From UHGV virus genome UHGV-0197549: a stretch of DNA of 64,000 nucleotides. One strand, given 5' to 3'. The position numbers and the translations under genes were made by a program. The stretch is from a virus. Positions 9,848 to 19,381 of the stretch are shown one piece after another. How positions within the stretch are numbered: position 1 is the first letter of the stretch; every line of letters begins with the position of its first letter. The notes under the pieces were generated by a model. The model worked only from the letters and a program-made list of their open reading frames with translations, was not told the DNA's origin and made no database searches.

Positions 9848-10123
9848 TTGACTATGGCAAAACAAATCAAAACGGAAGGAGAACTTACCGCCGTACAGGA
9901 GCCGGAAGTAACCACTGCTGAAACCAAGACGGAAACCGTAACTAAAAACGAACCCAAAACCGAACCCAAACCGGAGGCATACGTACTTTCCGTATTGCAG
10001 GCGTTTCCGAATTATGAGCAACTGTATGTAGACAAACAGGGCGGCGTCTATGCCCCGGACACACCGAAGCACCTGCGCGAAATGGCCACCCTCTACAAGA
10101 ATCCTTATTTCATCCAACCTTAA
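9848..10123 (+). CDS. small hypothetical virion protein
   Basis: 91 aa, Thr/Glu/Pro-rich N-terminus; between capsid and sheath genes. Confidence 0.4.
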   Translation: MTMAKQIKTEGELTAVQEPEVTTAETKTETVTKNEPKTEPKPEAYVLSVLQAFPNYEQLYVDKQGGVYAPDTPKHLREMATLYKNPYFIQP

Positions 10124-10133
10124 CCCTTAAATC
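10115..10133 (+). promoter_or_regulatory. upstream motif instance CAACCTTAACCCTTAAATC
   Basis: recurrent motif upstream of ATG 10143. Confidence 0.3.
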
Positions 10134-10142
10134 TGAACATCC

Positions 10143-11483
10143 ATGTTAGGAAACGTATATATCAAGGACACGGACGGCAATATCTCTTACACGGGGGCAA
10201 CCGGCAACGAGAAAGTTACAGGGTTGCTGTTTGACGTGTCCCTGCAACCGGAACTCTTTACTGCCGGTTACGGGAAAAATAACGAGAACAATGTCAAACT
10301 CAACGACGTGCTTTATGTCACTAACCGTAAATCCGCCATCAAGGACTTCGGTATAATCCAGCGAGTGAAGGCCACCGAAGACGAAGAGAACAACGTGAAC
10401 TTCTTCCACGGCATCCCGTACTACCATATCTCCGAGTTCTTCCGCTTGTCCGGCAACATCGACGGCAACGGCAGGCTGTACGTGATGTTCGCCGACTGTT
10501 CAGCCGGCTGGGATGCGGTGGATATCATGCAGCGTGCGGCAGGCGGTACTATCAACCAGCTTGGCATCTGGACGGAACAGCCGCAATGGAAGCTTAACGG
10601 CGCCGAGGAAAAGTACAACCTGAACCTCGTCAAAGGTATCAATGACAAGGTGGTGGCTTTGGCAGAGCAGAACCAGCCGCTTTCCGTCATCCTGGCAGCC
10701 AACTGTTCCAACACCGGAGCCGATACGGCGGAAGGCCTGAAAGTGGACCTGAATAAAATCCCGACCGCTATCTGTGAATCCAGCCGTACATCGGTCGTTT
10801 TCGGGCAGGCACATTCGGAACTCGTGTCCACCATGCAGAAATACAATAAGAACCATACGCCCGTAGGAGTTCTCGGCGCGGCACTCGGCTGCCTGGCACG
10901 CGCCAACGTACATGAGTCAATCGCCTGGGTGAAGCAGTTCAACCTCTTTAGTGACGACTTCCAGGCCATTGAGCTGGGCTTCGGTGACATCAACCAGACG
11001 GCGCAGGAAGAGTTCATCAGTACGAACCTGTATGAATCACTGTCCCCCACACTGCTGGATGACCTGGACGAGAAAGGATACATCTTCCCGATCAAGTATG
11101 CCGGGCTGGAGAACGGGATTTACCTCTCCAAAGACCAGACCTGTTCCACGGGTGATTACCGGACGATTGCCCGGAACCGTACCATCAACAAGTCCCGCCG
11201 TGCCGTCCGTGCCGCCCTGCTGCCTTATGTGAACGCTCCCCTGATGGTGAATCCCGCTACCGGCTTGCTTGCACCTTCCAAGATTACCGCCTTCAGGACA
11301 TTGATTTCCGACGTGCTTGCCAAGATGCAGACCTCACAGGAGATTTCCGGCTATGCGGTAACGATTGACGCCAACCAGAACGTACTTCTCAATGACACGT
11401 TGCGTATTGGATATGTGCTGGTCCCCGTGGGCGTAGCTACTAAAATCTATGTGGAAGAAGGCTTGTCCCTGACGACGAAATAA
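10143..11483 (+). CDS. putative tail sheath protein
   Basis: 446 aa followed by ~147-aa tube-sized gene, then chaperone with G/GT frameshift and tape measure: contractile-tail gene order; no sequence motif confirmed. Confidence 0.4.
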   Translation: MLGNVYIKDTDGNISYTGATGNEKVTGLLFDVSLQPELFTAGYGKNNENNVKLNDVLYVTNRKSAIKDFGIIQRVKATEDEENNVNFFHGIPYYHISEFFRLSGNIDGNGRLYVMFADCSAGWDAVDIMQRAAGGTINQLGIWTEQPQWKLNGAEEKYNLNLVKGINDKVVALAEQNQPLSVILAANCSNTGADTAEGLKVDLNKIPTAICESSRTSVVFGQAHSELVSTMQKYNKNHTPVGVLGAALGCLARANVHESIAWVKQFNLFSDDFQAIELGFGDINQTAQEEFISTNLYESLSPTLLDDLDEKGYIFPIKYAGLENGIYLSKDQTCSTGDYRTIARNRTINKSRRAVRAALLPYVNAPLMVNPATGLLAPSKITAFRTLISDVLAKMQTSQEISGYAVTIDANQNVLLNDTLRIGYVLVPVGVATKIYVEEGLSLTTK

Positions 11484-11505
11484 CCTAACCTGAAAAACAA
11501 ATACT

Positions 11506-11949
11506 ATGGCAATAATCAATAACGTAGCCTATTCCTGGAGCATGATTACGCTCGCTTCAACCGCCCTTGGGATTGACGAGGGAAGCACGACACTCGAAGG
11601 CGTCTCCGGTATCAAGTGGAACAAGAAACGAAAGATTGAGAGCAACTACGGCATGGGCGGGCGGCCCGTGTCCCGTGGTTTCGGGAACCTTACCTATACG
11701 GCATCCATCACGATGGATTATGCTACCCAACAGATGTTACGCTCGACTTACGGCAGTTTGATGGACATCGGCGAGTTCGACCTTATCATCTCTTTCGCCA
11801 ACCCGATGGCATCGGATGACTGGACGACCACCACCGTGACGCTGAAGGGCTGCATTTTCTCCGAGGACGCGATGGAAAGTCAGCAGGACGATACCAACAT
11901 CACACATGAGTACGATCTGAATCCTTTCGATATCGTTATCGGTTCGTGA
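11506..11949 (+). CDS. putative tail tube protein
   Basis: 147 aa, position after sheath-sized gene. Confidence 0.4.
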   Translation: MAIINNVAYSWSMITLASTALGIDEGSTTLEGVSGIKWNKKRKIESNYGMGGRPVSRGFGNLTYTASITMDYATQQMLRSTYGSLMDIGEFDLIISFANPMASDDWTTTTVTLKGCIFSEDAMESQQDDTNITHEYDLNPFDIVIGS

Positions 11950-11963
11950 AGTCCCTTTAATTC

Positions 11964-12800
11964 CTATTTGGAAATCGCATCCTTTCGGTGCGGTTTCTTT
12001 TTTTTATGATGAAGCACTCTTCCTCTAAATTTATGCAGTTCAGTGCTTTTAACCCAAATACCATTAAACTTAGGATGAACCAAAACAAAAAAAATGAATA
12101 TTAGGACACATAAAAATGATAAGATTATAAAGCCAGGGACATACTTTTCAAACCAAACTTCATCCAATTGAAACTTATTTATATGCATAAAACAATGGAT
12201 TATAAAAGCAACGCACCATATAACAAACGAAATTTGGCCTATTGCAATATTTATTTTGGATGGAGAGTAAGCTCCACCTTGGCACTTAAAAATACAATCA
12301 TTTATATCTGTGGCATTGTATCCTTTTAAAAGCTGATACTGAAATCCTCCTATAGGTAATTTGTTTATTCCGGAATTAAGAACTTCGCCATTTACCAAAC
12401 TTTCATCACATTCAAAAGCATCAATAGCATGTTCATACCTCTCATACCAAGCTTTCGAACCTTTGGCCATCATAATCCAAAGAGAAGAAAATATAATATT
12501 AACTAAACATAGTACGAGAGCTATATTATTTAATATATAGGCTGACGGTGACACTACATATTCTACATTATCAAATAGTTTTATTGTAACAACTCCATAT
12601 CCGGTAAAACATAAAACAAGTATAGTCGTTAGAAATATAGAGCGTTGCCAAAGATGTGACAATTCAAAATCCCGACATCTCCATAAAGAATCTCTTATAT
12701 CCTTAGTTGTTATCTCAGAATTAAGAACAATATTATCAGTATTAATGGTGTATTTCAGTTTGCTTTTACTGCATTTTTCTCTTTTACTTCTTTTCCTCAT
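11964..12800 (-). CDS. AT-rich hypothetical membrane protein (4 predicted TM helices)
   Basis: 278 aa; ~30% GC versus ~53% backbone; hydrophobic segments IFLTTILVLCFTGYGVVTI, ILNNIALVLCLVNIIFSSLWIM, ISFVIWCVAFIIHCFMHI, FIILSFLCVLIFIFFVLV; last gene of umuD-umuC string. Confidence 0.55.
   Translation of the reverse strand: MRKRSKREKCSKSKLKYTINTDNIVLNSEITTKDIRDSLWRCRDFELSHLWQRSIFLTTILVLCFTGYGVVTIKLFDNVEYVVSPSAYILNNIALVLCLVNIIFSSLWIMMAKGSKAWYERYEHAIDAFECDESLVNGEVLNSGINKLPIGGFQYQLLKGYNATDINDCIFKCQGGAYSPSKINIAIGQISFVIWCVAFIIHCFMHINKFQLDEVWFEKYVPGFIILSFLCVLIFIFFVLVHPKFNGIWVKSTELHKFRGRVLHHKKKKPHRKDAISK
11972..12008. terminator. putative bidirectional terminator
   Basis: imperfect hairpin AAATCGCATCC-TTTC-GGTGCGGTTT followed by TTCTTTTTTTT; overlaps the last codons of the minus-strand gene. 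Confidence 0.35.
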
Positions 12801-12857
12801 ATTATTTATGATATATATTTTTACAAATGTAAATATATACCATTTTTATTAGAACAG

Positions 12858-14117
12858 CTAATAAATTTCAATAAAATCATCCGGATTCGTTGTATATTGC
12901 TTTGACAAATACTCACTTTTCAGTGCCCATTTCTTCCCGGTTCCCTGTGCCGCTACCTTCAATATTCTCGTACCATATTTCTTATGCACCATATCCAGTA
13001 CTTCAAGTACCTTCTCATGTTTTAATCTGTCACGTTCATCAAACAGATTCAGTTGGACGCTGTTTTGTGGTTCAATATCCATTACGATCACTCCTGCCTT
13101 TTTATACTGATACCCTTCCTTATATATATTCTTCAGTGCCAATCTTGCATAATGGATCAACTCTGCCACGTCATTAGTCGGTGTCGGCAAGGTTATCATC
13201 AGACTATTATAATACTGGGGTAAATCCTCCCGGAACCGGTTGGTATAAATAAAGACCTGGAGCATTCCGGTGCAGGAACGTTGCGCACGGAGTTTCCTGG
13301 CACAGGACGCCATGAAATTAGCTACGGATTCCATCAGAGTATCAAAGTCTTCTATCATCTCCCCGAAGCTCCGGGAAGTGCAGATGGTTTGTTTGGCAGG
13401 AGCGACAGGTTCCAATTCAAATGCCGGGATGCCTCTTAACTCTTTCCATGTCCTGACACCTACCACAGTCATTTGCTTTCTTACCCATTCTTCACTTTTT
13501 TGTGTCAGGTCATAAGCGGTTTTAACACCGTAATATTCAAGTTTCTTCTGGTAACGGCGTCCAATCCCCCAGACATCGGCGATATCAAATTGTTTGAGAG
13601 CCTTTATCCGCTTTTCTTCGCTGTCAATTACACATACGCCTTTATAACCTCTGTATTTCTTTGCAAATTTCGACGCCACTTTCGCCAATGTTTTTGTTGG
13701 TGCTATGCCCATTGATACGGGTATGCCGGTACCTTTTGTTACAGCCTTAACTATCTTGCTTCCATATTCGCCCAGATCATAGTTTTCAAATCCTTTTAGA
13801 GAAAGGAAACTTTCATCTATCGAATATATTTCCATATCTTCAACGAACTGGCTTAGAATCGTCATAACCCTGTGCGACATGTCCCCATATAACGCATAAT
13901 TACTGGAGAAAACGGCAATTCCATGTTCCTCTATCAGTTTAACCAGTTTGAATACCGGTTCGCCCATAGGTATACCAAGCGCCTTTGCCTCATTGCTTCT
14001 CGCTACGACGCATCCATCGTTATTACTTAATACGATAATTGGTACATCCTTCAAATTCGGTTGGAACACCCTTTCGCAAGATGCAAAAAAGTTATTGCAA
14101 TCGACTAATGAATACAT
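12858..14117 (-). CDS. umuC: translesion DNA polymerase V catalytic subunit UmuC (Y-family)
   Basis: 419 aa; MYSLVDCNNFFASCERVFQPNLKDVPIIVLSNNDGCVVARSNEAKALGIPMGEPVFK closely matches the E. coli UmuC N-terminus (ALCDVNAFYASCETVF...VVVLSNNDGCVIARNAEAKALG). Confidence 0.85.
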   Translation of the reverse strand: MYSLVDCNNFFASCERVFQPNLKDVPIIVLSNNDGCVVARSNEAKALGIPMGEPVFKLVKLIEEHGIAVFSSNYALYGDMSHRVMTILSQFVEDMEIYSIDESFLSLKGFENYDLGEYGSKIVKAVTKGTGIPVSMGIAPTKTLAKVASKFAKKYRGYKGVCVIDSEEKRIKALKQFDIADVWGIGRRYQKKLEYYGVKTAYDLTQKSEEWVRKQMTVVGVRTWKELRGIPAFELEPVAPAKQTICTSRSFGEMIEDFDTLMESVANFMASCARKLRAQRSCTGMLQVFIYTNRFREDLPQYYNSLMITLPTPTNDVAELIHYARLALKNIYKEGYQYKKAGVIVMDIEPQNSVQLNLFDERDRLKHEKVLEVLDMVHKKYGTRILKVAAQGTGKKWALKSEYLSKQYTTNPDDFIEIY

Positions 14118-14120
14118 ATT

Positions 14121-14573
14121 TTATCCCCTTTTCTTTCTTCTGTTTTCCTTGATCGTATGAGTTACGATACCCCAAACAATAAATTGATTATTCTCCGTTA
14201 CCTTTATCGAAGGATAATCGGGATTGGAAGGTACCAGCCATACAGTTTTCTTTCTTCTGTCTATTTTGACCCGTTTGAGTGTAAACTCTCCGTCCAGAAA
14301 GCAAACACATAAATCACCATCCTCCAAATCCAGCGATTTATCTATTATTAATAAATCACCCGGCTCTATCCCTTCGTCTTTCATCGAAAACCCTTTCACT
14401 CTCCCGATAAAGCTGGATGCAGGATTCTTTATAAGTTCCCTGTTCAGATCATAGCTTAGCTCCATGTAATCCTGCGCCGGTGAGGGGAATCCCGCTTGAA
14501 TCCCATCATCAGCGTAAGGTAATAATTGTTTGCTTGAAGCATCAATCCTGAATATTTCGAGCCAATTCTTCAT
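14121..14573 (-). CDS. umuD: UmuD-like S24 self-cleaving peptidase
   Basis: 150 aa; IQAGFPSPAQDYMELSYDLNRELIKNPASSFIGRVKGFSMKDEGIEPGDLLIIDKS...GEFTLKRVKI ~ E. coli UmuD ([39 protein letters not shown]...GEFTVKKL); Ala-Gly cleavage site and Ser/Lys dyad present. Confidence 0.85.
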   Translation of the reverse strand: MKNWLEIFRIDASSKQLLPYADDGIQAGFPSPAQDYMELSYDLNRELIKNPASSFIGRVKGFSMKDEGIEPGDLLIIDKSLDLEDGDLCVCFLDGEFTLKRVKIDRRKKTVWLVPSNPDYPSIKVTENNQFIVWGIVTHTIKENRRKKRG

Positions 14574-14827
14574 CTGAAAGTGTTTTCGAAGATAACAATC
14601 CGGATTGAAATTTGATTCATGCTTAGGTATTATTGTGCTTCATTTACGAAATATTGATAAACGTTTCCTTCCAACTCTTAAAGGATTATCTGCATACACT
14701 AATACATTCGGGTATGAACTTACCAACAACCGCATCGGGAAGGAATCGAAAGTCCGATTCAACCTTTTCTGATTTGTTCCCCTATACTTGGAAAAGAACA
14801 TTAACCAATCTACAACCAACTTTTATT

Positions 14828-15184
14828 ATGGAAGACAAATCACTCACGCTCGAACTGGAAGCGCAGATCAAGGAAACAGCCGGCAAGCTCAAAGCGGAAA
14901 AGAAACTGAGAAAAATCTATCCGCTGGTCGTGTTCGGTGACACCTCCTGCGGTGAAAAAGAGGTATACGTTGCCTATATGTCGGAGCCTACCTTCCCCCA
15001 GTTCTCCAAGTTTATGGTCGCCTCCCGCAAGGACGAGGTGATGGCGATGAAGACGCTTGCCAAGGACTGTTTCGTCGATGGAGACAAGGAACTGGTGGAT
15101 AACGAAAGCCTGTTCCTGTTCGGCCTGATGGGGCAGCTCACGGAAATCATCTCCACCCGCCAGAGCACGCTGGTAAATTTATAA
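14828..15184 (+). CDS. tail assembly chaperone (G-like, zero-frame product)
   Basis: ~118 aa from ATG 14828 (ORF-track ORF extends upstream without support); ends TAA 15182-15184 directly after slippery A_AAT_TTA. Confidence 0.55.
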   Translation: MEDKSLTLELEAQIKETAGKLKAEKKLRKIYPLVVFGDTSCGEKEVYVAYMSEPTFPQFSKFMVASRKDEVMAMKTLAKDCFVDGDKELVDNESLFLFGLMGQLTEIISTRQSTLVNL

Positions 15185-15369
15185 CCCGCTGGGAAGTACG
15201 TGACGACCACCGTATCCGGCAACGGCTGATTTATGTGCGTCACTACTTTCCCGGCGTGAACCTGGAAACCATTGATGACGAAGAGTTCGCCATTTTATCG
15301 GAAGAAGCCCTCTGGCTGCATAACCAGATGATGATAACCAAAGCCGCCAATGCCGCGCTATCCGTTTAA
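15175..15369 (+). CDS. -1 frameshift extension of tail assembly chaperone (GT-like product C-terminus)
   Basis: heptamer A AAT TTA at 15175-15181 (X XXY YYZ); -1 frame stays open 62 codons (ITRWEVRDDHRIRQRLIYVRHYFPGVNLETIDDEEFAILSEEALWLHNQMMITKAANAALSV) to TAA 15367-15369; no ATG of its own. Confidence 0.5.
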   Translation, partial: KFITRWEVRDDHRIRQRLIYVRHYFPGVNLETIDDEEFAILSEEALWLHNQMMITKAANAALSV

Positions 15370-15428
15370 CCGGCTTTTCATTCTTTATTACTTTCATTCA
15401 TTTTTCATTCTTTCATTTCCTTTGTTTT

Positions 15429-15466
15429 CCCCTGCCGCCACACAAGCGGCAGGGTTTTTCTTTTTT
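15429..15466 (+). terminator. rho-independent terminator between chaperone and tape-measure genes
   Basis: CCCTGCCGC / GCGGCAGGG 9-bp perfect stem (15429-15454) followed by TTTTTCTTTTTT. Confidence 0.6.
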
Positions 15467-15523
15467 AATCATACGCTCTCCTTTTCACCTATTCTTACCC
15501 GAACCTAACCTTGCATCCGTATT

Positions 15524-18500
15524 ATGACCCAAATCAAAGATTACCAGGTAAATTACAGCATTAACGTCACCGCTACCGAAGGCGTGCAGGAAGTCGAGAA
15601 ATTCGCCAAGGCGATGAAACAGCTCAGTGACGCCCGCAGCAACTTCATGCCGGCAGTCAATAGCGTCAATGACATGATGCAGCACATCGACAAAGTGTTC
15701 CGCCCCAAGGGCAGGAAGCGGGAATATACCTATAAGTTCGACATCGACACCGGTAAAAGCGAGAAGAAGCTGGAAAGCATCAAGGCGCTACTGACGGATA
15801 TCAAGGAGCTCACAACCGGTATCAACGTGGTCATCAACGCCGGGCAGAAGCTCGACACCAACACCATCCGCTCACAGGCAAAGGCGCTGGTGGGCAAGAA
15901 AGAACTGGAAGCGCAGAAGAGAAGCATCCGCAAGACCGCCTCCCAGTCCCTGAAAACGGTCAATGAGAAACAGCGCGAGGTTACCGGTGTGATCGGCAAA
16001 ATCAACTCCGCCCTTACCAGCCTGGAAGCCGGACGTGAAATCAATATCAGGACCGACGCGGCCAAAAACCGCCTGACGGAAATACTCGGCCTTCTCAGGC
16101 AGATAAAGACGGCATCCGATATCAATATGCCCTTCCGGATGGGTAGCGGCAAAGGAACATCTCCCGCCACTACACCCTTCCAGACCGGCTCCATCCTGAC
16201 GGACAAGGTATGGCAGCGGCAGCAGAAACAGGTTGCCAAAGCCGGTGAAGCCCGCACGATGCGGGAGATAGAAGCCCGGCAGGAAGCGGAATACCAACAG
16301 AACATACAGAAGAAGAAGGATGCCTTCAGGCGTACGAACGAGTGGCTGGAGCGCAGGGCAAAAAATTACGAATACTACGAACGGGCGAAGGTGGAACGTG
16401 TCCTGAAACAGGAACGGGAAGAGGAACGCCGGCAAAAGCGTGAAGCCGCCGGGGCCGCCCGCCGCAAACGGGAACAGGAACGGGAAGAGAAGCGGAACGT
16501 CATGAACTCCGTGCGGAACATGCAGAGGCAGGCCGCCGCAGGTGAAAGCGCCTATGGCGGCAAACGGCGTGCGGCCATCAACCGCCTTCAGTACTCCCGC
16601 CGCCCGTCCATCCGCAGCCTGCCGTTGGTGAACATGTTCAATGCCTACATGGCATACGGGTTCATCAAGTCCGAACTTTCCTCCGCCGTGGATTACAGCA
16701 ATATCATGGAGTCCGCCCGCAGCATCCTCAAGGTGGCTGACAGCGACCTCTCCACATTTGAGACACGCTTCCAACAGATGTCCTATAACGTGCGGAAGAT
16801 CGGTGTGGACACCAAGTTCACCGCCTTGGAGATTGCTTCGGCAGCGAAGTTCCTCGCCATGGCGGGCATGGACATCGCCACCATCAACGCTTCCATGCGC
16901 CCCATCAGCAACCTGGCGCTCATAGGCGACAACGATGTGGGGCTTATCGCCGACTTGACAACGAACATCATGTCCGGCTATAATATCCAAAGCGGCAGCA
17001 TGGGCACCGTGGCCGATATTATCACCTCCACCATCTCCCGTGCGAACGTGAACGTGGTCGAGATGGCGGAAAGCTTCAAGATGGCGTCGGGATACCTGAA
17101 GCTCTCCGGCGTGGACTTTTCCGAAGCAGCGGCGGCTATCGGTATCTTAGGCAATGCGGGCATGAAAGGCACCATGGCGGGAACCGCCCTGCGTGCGATG
17201 TCCACCCGCTTCGCCAAGCCTACCAAACAGGCGGAAGCCACACTGGACAGGCTCGGTGTCAAGTTTACCCGATTCACGGAGATAGCGGGCAAGAAAGTGG
17301 AAAAGCTCCGTCCGCTGGCAGAGATTTTCAAAGACCTTCACGATGCCGGGGCGAGTCTGGAAGATATGATTGCTATTTTCTCAAAGATCGGCGGCAACGC
17401 GGCGATGCAATTCGTGGTGAACTACGACAAGCTCCGGGTACTCACCACGCAGAACCGCGCTTCACACGGCATCTCCGACGAGCTGGCGCTTGTCAAGCAG
17501 AATACGACCAAGGGGCTTTGGGCACAGGTGACATCCACCCTGACGGAAAGCTTCATGCAGGCGTATGAGGTCGTAGAGCCCGTTATCAAAAGCATATTGA
17601 AGGACTTCCTGAGTAAGTTCAAGGCTCCGGAGTTTGCACGGGGCATCGCCTCTATCGGGCGGGCACTGCTGGATGTCTGTTCCGTGCTGGCTAACCTGGG
17701 TACATGGATGGCCCGTAACTTCCACTGGATAGAGCCGCTATTGTTCACCGGCTTTGTCGCTACGAAGATATTCAAACTGGCGGGCGCGGTAACGAACCTG
17801 GGTGTGGCCATCGGCTTTATCGGCAAACAGTCCGTCGCGTCTTCCACGCTCCAGCTTATCGCTTCCCTGACAGGCGGCGGTATCAATGTCAAAGCTTTGT
17901 CCTTCGCCAACAAGCGCAACATTGTCACCGCCCTGCGCGGGGCGGGAATCACGGGTAAAGGGGCCATGATGCAGGCGCTCGCCTCTACCGGCATGGCGGG
18001 GATGGGCGGTCTGACCGCACGCAGCGCCTTTACCTCCCTTTTTGCCAACCAGGTGGTGACCGGAACAGGCATCACAGGAGCCGCCGCCTCGTTGTCCGCC
18101 ATGGGTGCGGGCGCGGTGGCGGCTACCGCAGGCATTGCCGCACTGGTCGGCGCGTTGGGATGGGTCGCTTACAAGACCTGGCAGGTGAAGAAAGCCAAGG
18201 ATGCCGTACTGGAAGAGGTCAATGCCAACGAGAAGTACCGCTATCCTTCCATAGAAGCCCTGCACAACTCGCTACGGGATACATACCTCCAGGCTATCAA
18301 GACCAAGGAGGCGGTGGCGAACGTGACGGAAGGCAAGACGCTGGAAGAGGAATCCGGACAGAAAATCGGCGCGTTCACCGGTGAATGGTGGAGGGCGATG
18401 CTCTCCGGAATGGCAGCCGCCCAGACACATTCGGCACCCGATTATACCTATGATGACGCCTACCAGAAGAATGCGAAGGATGCTATCAACATCATCGCAC

Positions 18501-19351
18501 GCAAGAGCGGGCAGCAGCAGATCATTTCCGCCTATGCGGAGTTAGGCAAGCTCTCCAGCGCTGTGGAAGTAAGCGCATTTATAAAGAACATCGACCATAA
18601 CTACAGGTATAACACCAAGCTGTTGGACAAAAGCCTGTACACGGTAAGAAACGGGCGGGTGTTTTACAATCCCGGCATGGACAGGATTACCGCCCGCCAG
18701 GCCGCGCAGACCCCGCACTTTGCGGGCTACCAGAACACCGAGGTCGTGCGTTCCATCCGTGTCGGTGCGGAAAGCTACCTGGACGCCATACGGTCACAAC
18801 CGGGTGCCATGAAAAGGCTGCGGGAGAGCGGGTTCAGCTTTACCGAGCTGGGCAAGGAGGGGTTCTATATGAAGGACGGGAAATGGCAGCAGAAAGAAGC
18901 CGGAAAAGACGCGACGGAGGAAGAGGTCAGCAACCTGTTAGCCGCCAAAAGGCGTGTACGGGGCAGGCTTATCGAAATGATGAAGACGCTCCGGGAGAAG
19001 TATGGCGGCAGCGAGCAGATGGCGGAGAACATCATCAAAAAAGCGGGGTTCGACACGTCTCTCTATTCCAATGAACCGGGGTATAACGACAATCCCCTGG
19101 ATGCCCTGCGGGTGACTACCGACGGGGCGGATGACGGGATGGCCGGCGGTAACTATTCAGGGACAGGCAAGCTTTCATCCGCCGCACCCAAGCAGGTCAT
19201 CGTACAAATCACCAACCTTCTGAGCGTGGGAACCATCGACCTGATGAAGTCCCCTGAAGGACAGCAGGGGGAGATAAAAGACCTGAAAGAACAACTGGCG
19301 CAGGCACTGATCGACGTGGCGCATGACTTTGACGCATCATGGAATGCATAA
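15524..19351 (+). CDS. tail tape measure protein
   Basis: 1275 aa; Arg/Glu/Lys-rich coiled coil N-half, Gly/Ala-rich hydrophobic stretches (TM-like) in middle; directly downstream of frameshifting chaperone. Confidence 0.8.
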   Translation: MTQIKDYQVNYSINVTATEGVQEVEKFAKAMKQLSDARSNFMPAVNSVNDMMQHIDKVFRPKGRKREYTYKFDIDTGKSEKKLESIKALLTDIKELTTGINVVINAGQKLDTNTIRSQAKALVGKKELEAQKRSIRKTASQSLKTVNEKQREVTGVIGKINSALTSLEAGREINIRTDAAKNRLTEILGLLRQIKTASDINMPFRMGSGKGTSPATTPFQTGSILTDKVWQRQQKQVAKAGEARTMREIEARQEAEYQQNIQKKKDAFRRTNEWLERRAKNYEYYERAKVERVLKQEREEERRQKREAAGAARRKREQEREEKRNVMNSVRNMQRQAAAGESAYGGKRRAAINRLQYSRRPSIRSLPLVNMFNAYMAYGFIKSELSSAVDYSNIMESARSILKVADSDLSTFETRFQQMSYNVRKIGVDTKFTALEIASAAKFLAMAGMDIATINASMRPISNLALIGDNDVGLIADLTTNIMSGYNIQSGSMGTVADIITSTISRANVNVVEMAESFKMASGYLKLSGVDFSEAAAAIGILGNAGMKGTMAGTALRAMSTRFAKPTKQAEATLDRLGVKFTRFTEIAGKKVEKLRPLAEIFKDLHDAGASLEDMIAIFSKIGGNAAMQFVVNYDKLRVLTTQNRASHGISDELALVKQNTTKGLWAQVTSTLTESFMQAYEVVEPVIKSILKDFLSKFKAPEFARGIASIGRALLDVCSVLANLGTWMARNFHWIEPLLFTGFVATKIFKLAGAVTNLGVAIGFIGKQSVASSTLQLIASLTGGGINVKALSFANKRNIVTALRGAGITGKGAMMQALASTGMAGMGGLTARSAFTSLFANQVVTGTGITGAAASLSAMGAGAVAATAGIAALVGALGWVAYKTWQVKKAKDAVLEEVNANEKYRYPSIEALHNSLRDTYLQAIKTKEAVANVTEGKTLEEESGQKIGAFTGEWWRAMLSGMAAAQTHSAPDYTYDDAYQKNAKDAINIIARKSGQQQIISAYAELGKLSSAVEVSAFIKNIDHNYRYNTKLLDKSLYTVRNGRVFYNPGMDRITARQAAQTPHFAGYQNTEVVRSIRVGAESYLDAIRSQPGAMKRLRESGFSFTELGKEGFYMKDGKWQQKEAGKDATEEEVSNLLAAKRRVRGRLIEMMKTLREKYGGSEQMAENIIKKAGFDTSLYSNEPGYNDNPLDALRVTTDGADDGMAGGNYSGTGKLSSAAPKQVIVQITNLLSVGTIDLMKSPEGQQGEIKDLKEQLAQALIDVAHDFDASWNA

Positions 19352-19381
19352 TTATTCATATATCAAAAAAACTAACTAATA

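Noticed and set aside
15730-18265. Long antisense ORFs (191, 372, 117, 237, 175 aa) inside the tape measure gene
   Set aside because: They lie entirely within a strongly supported 1275-aa sense gene, are Arg/Ala/Gly/Pro-rich as expected from reverse translation of GC-rich codons, and have no independent start context or motifs.
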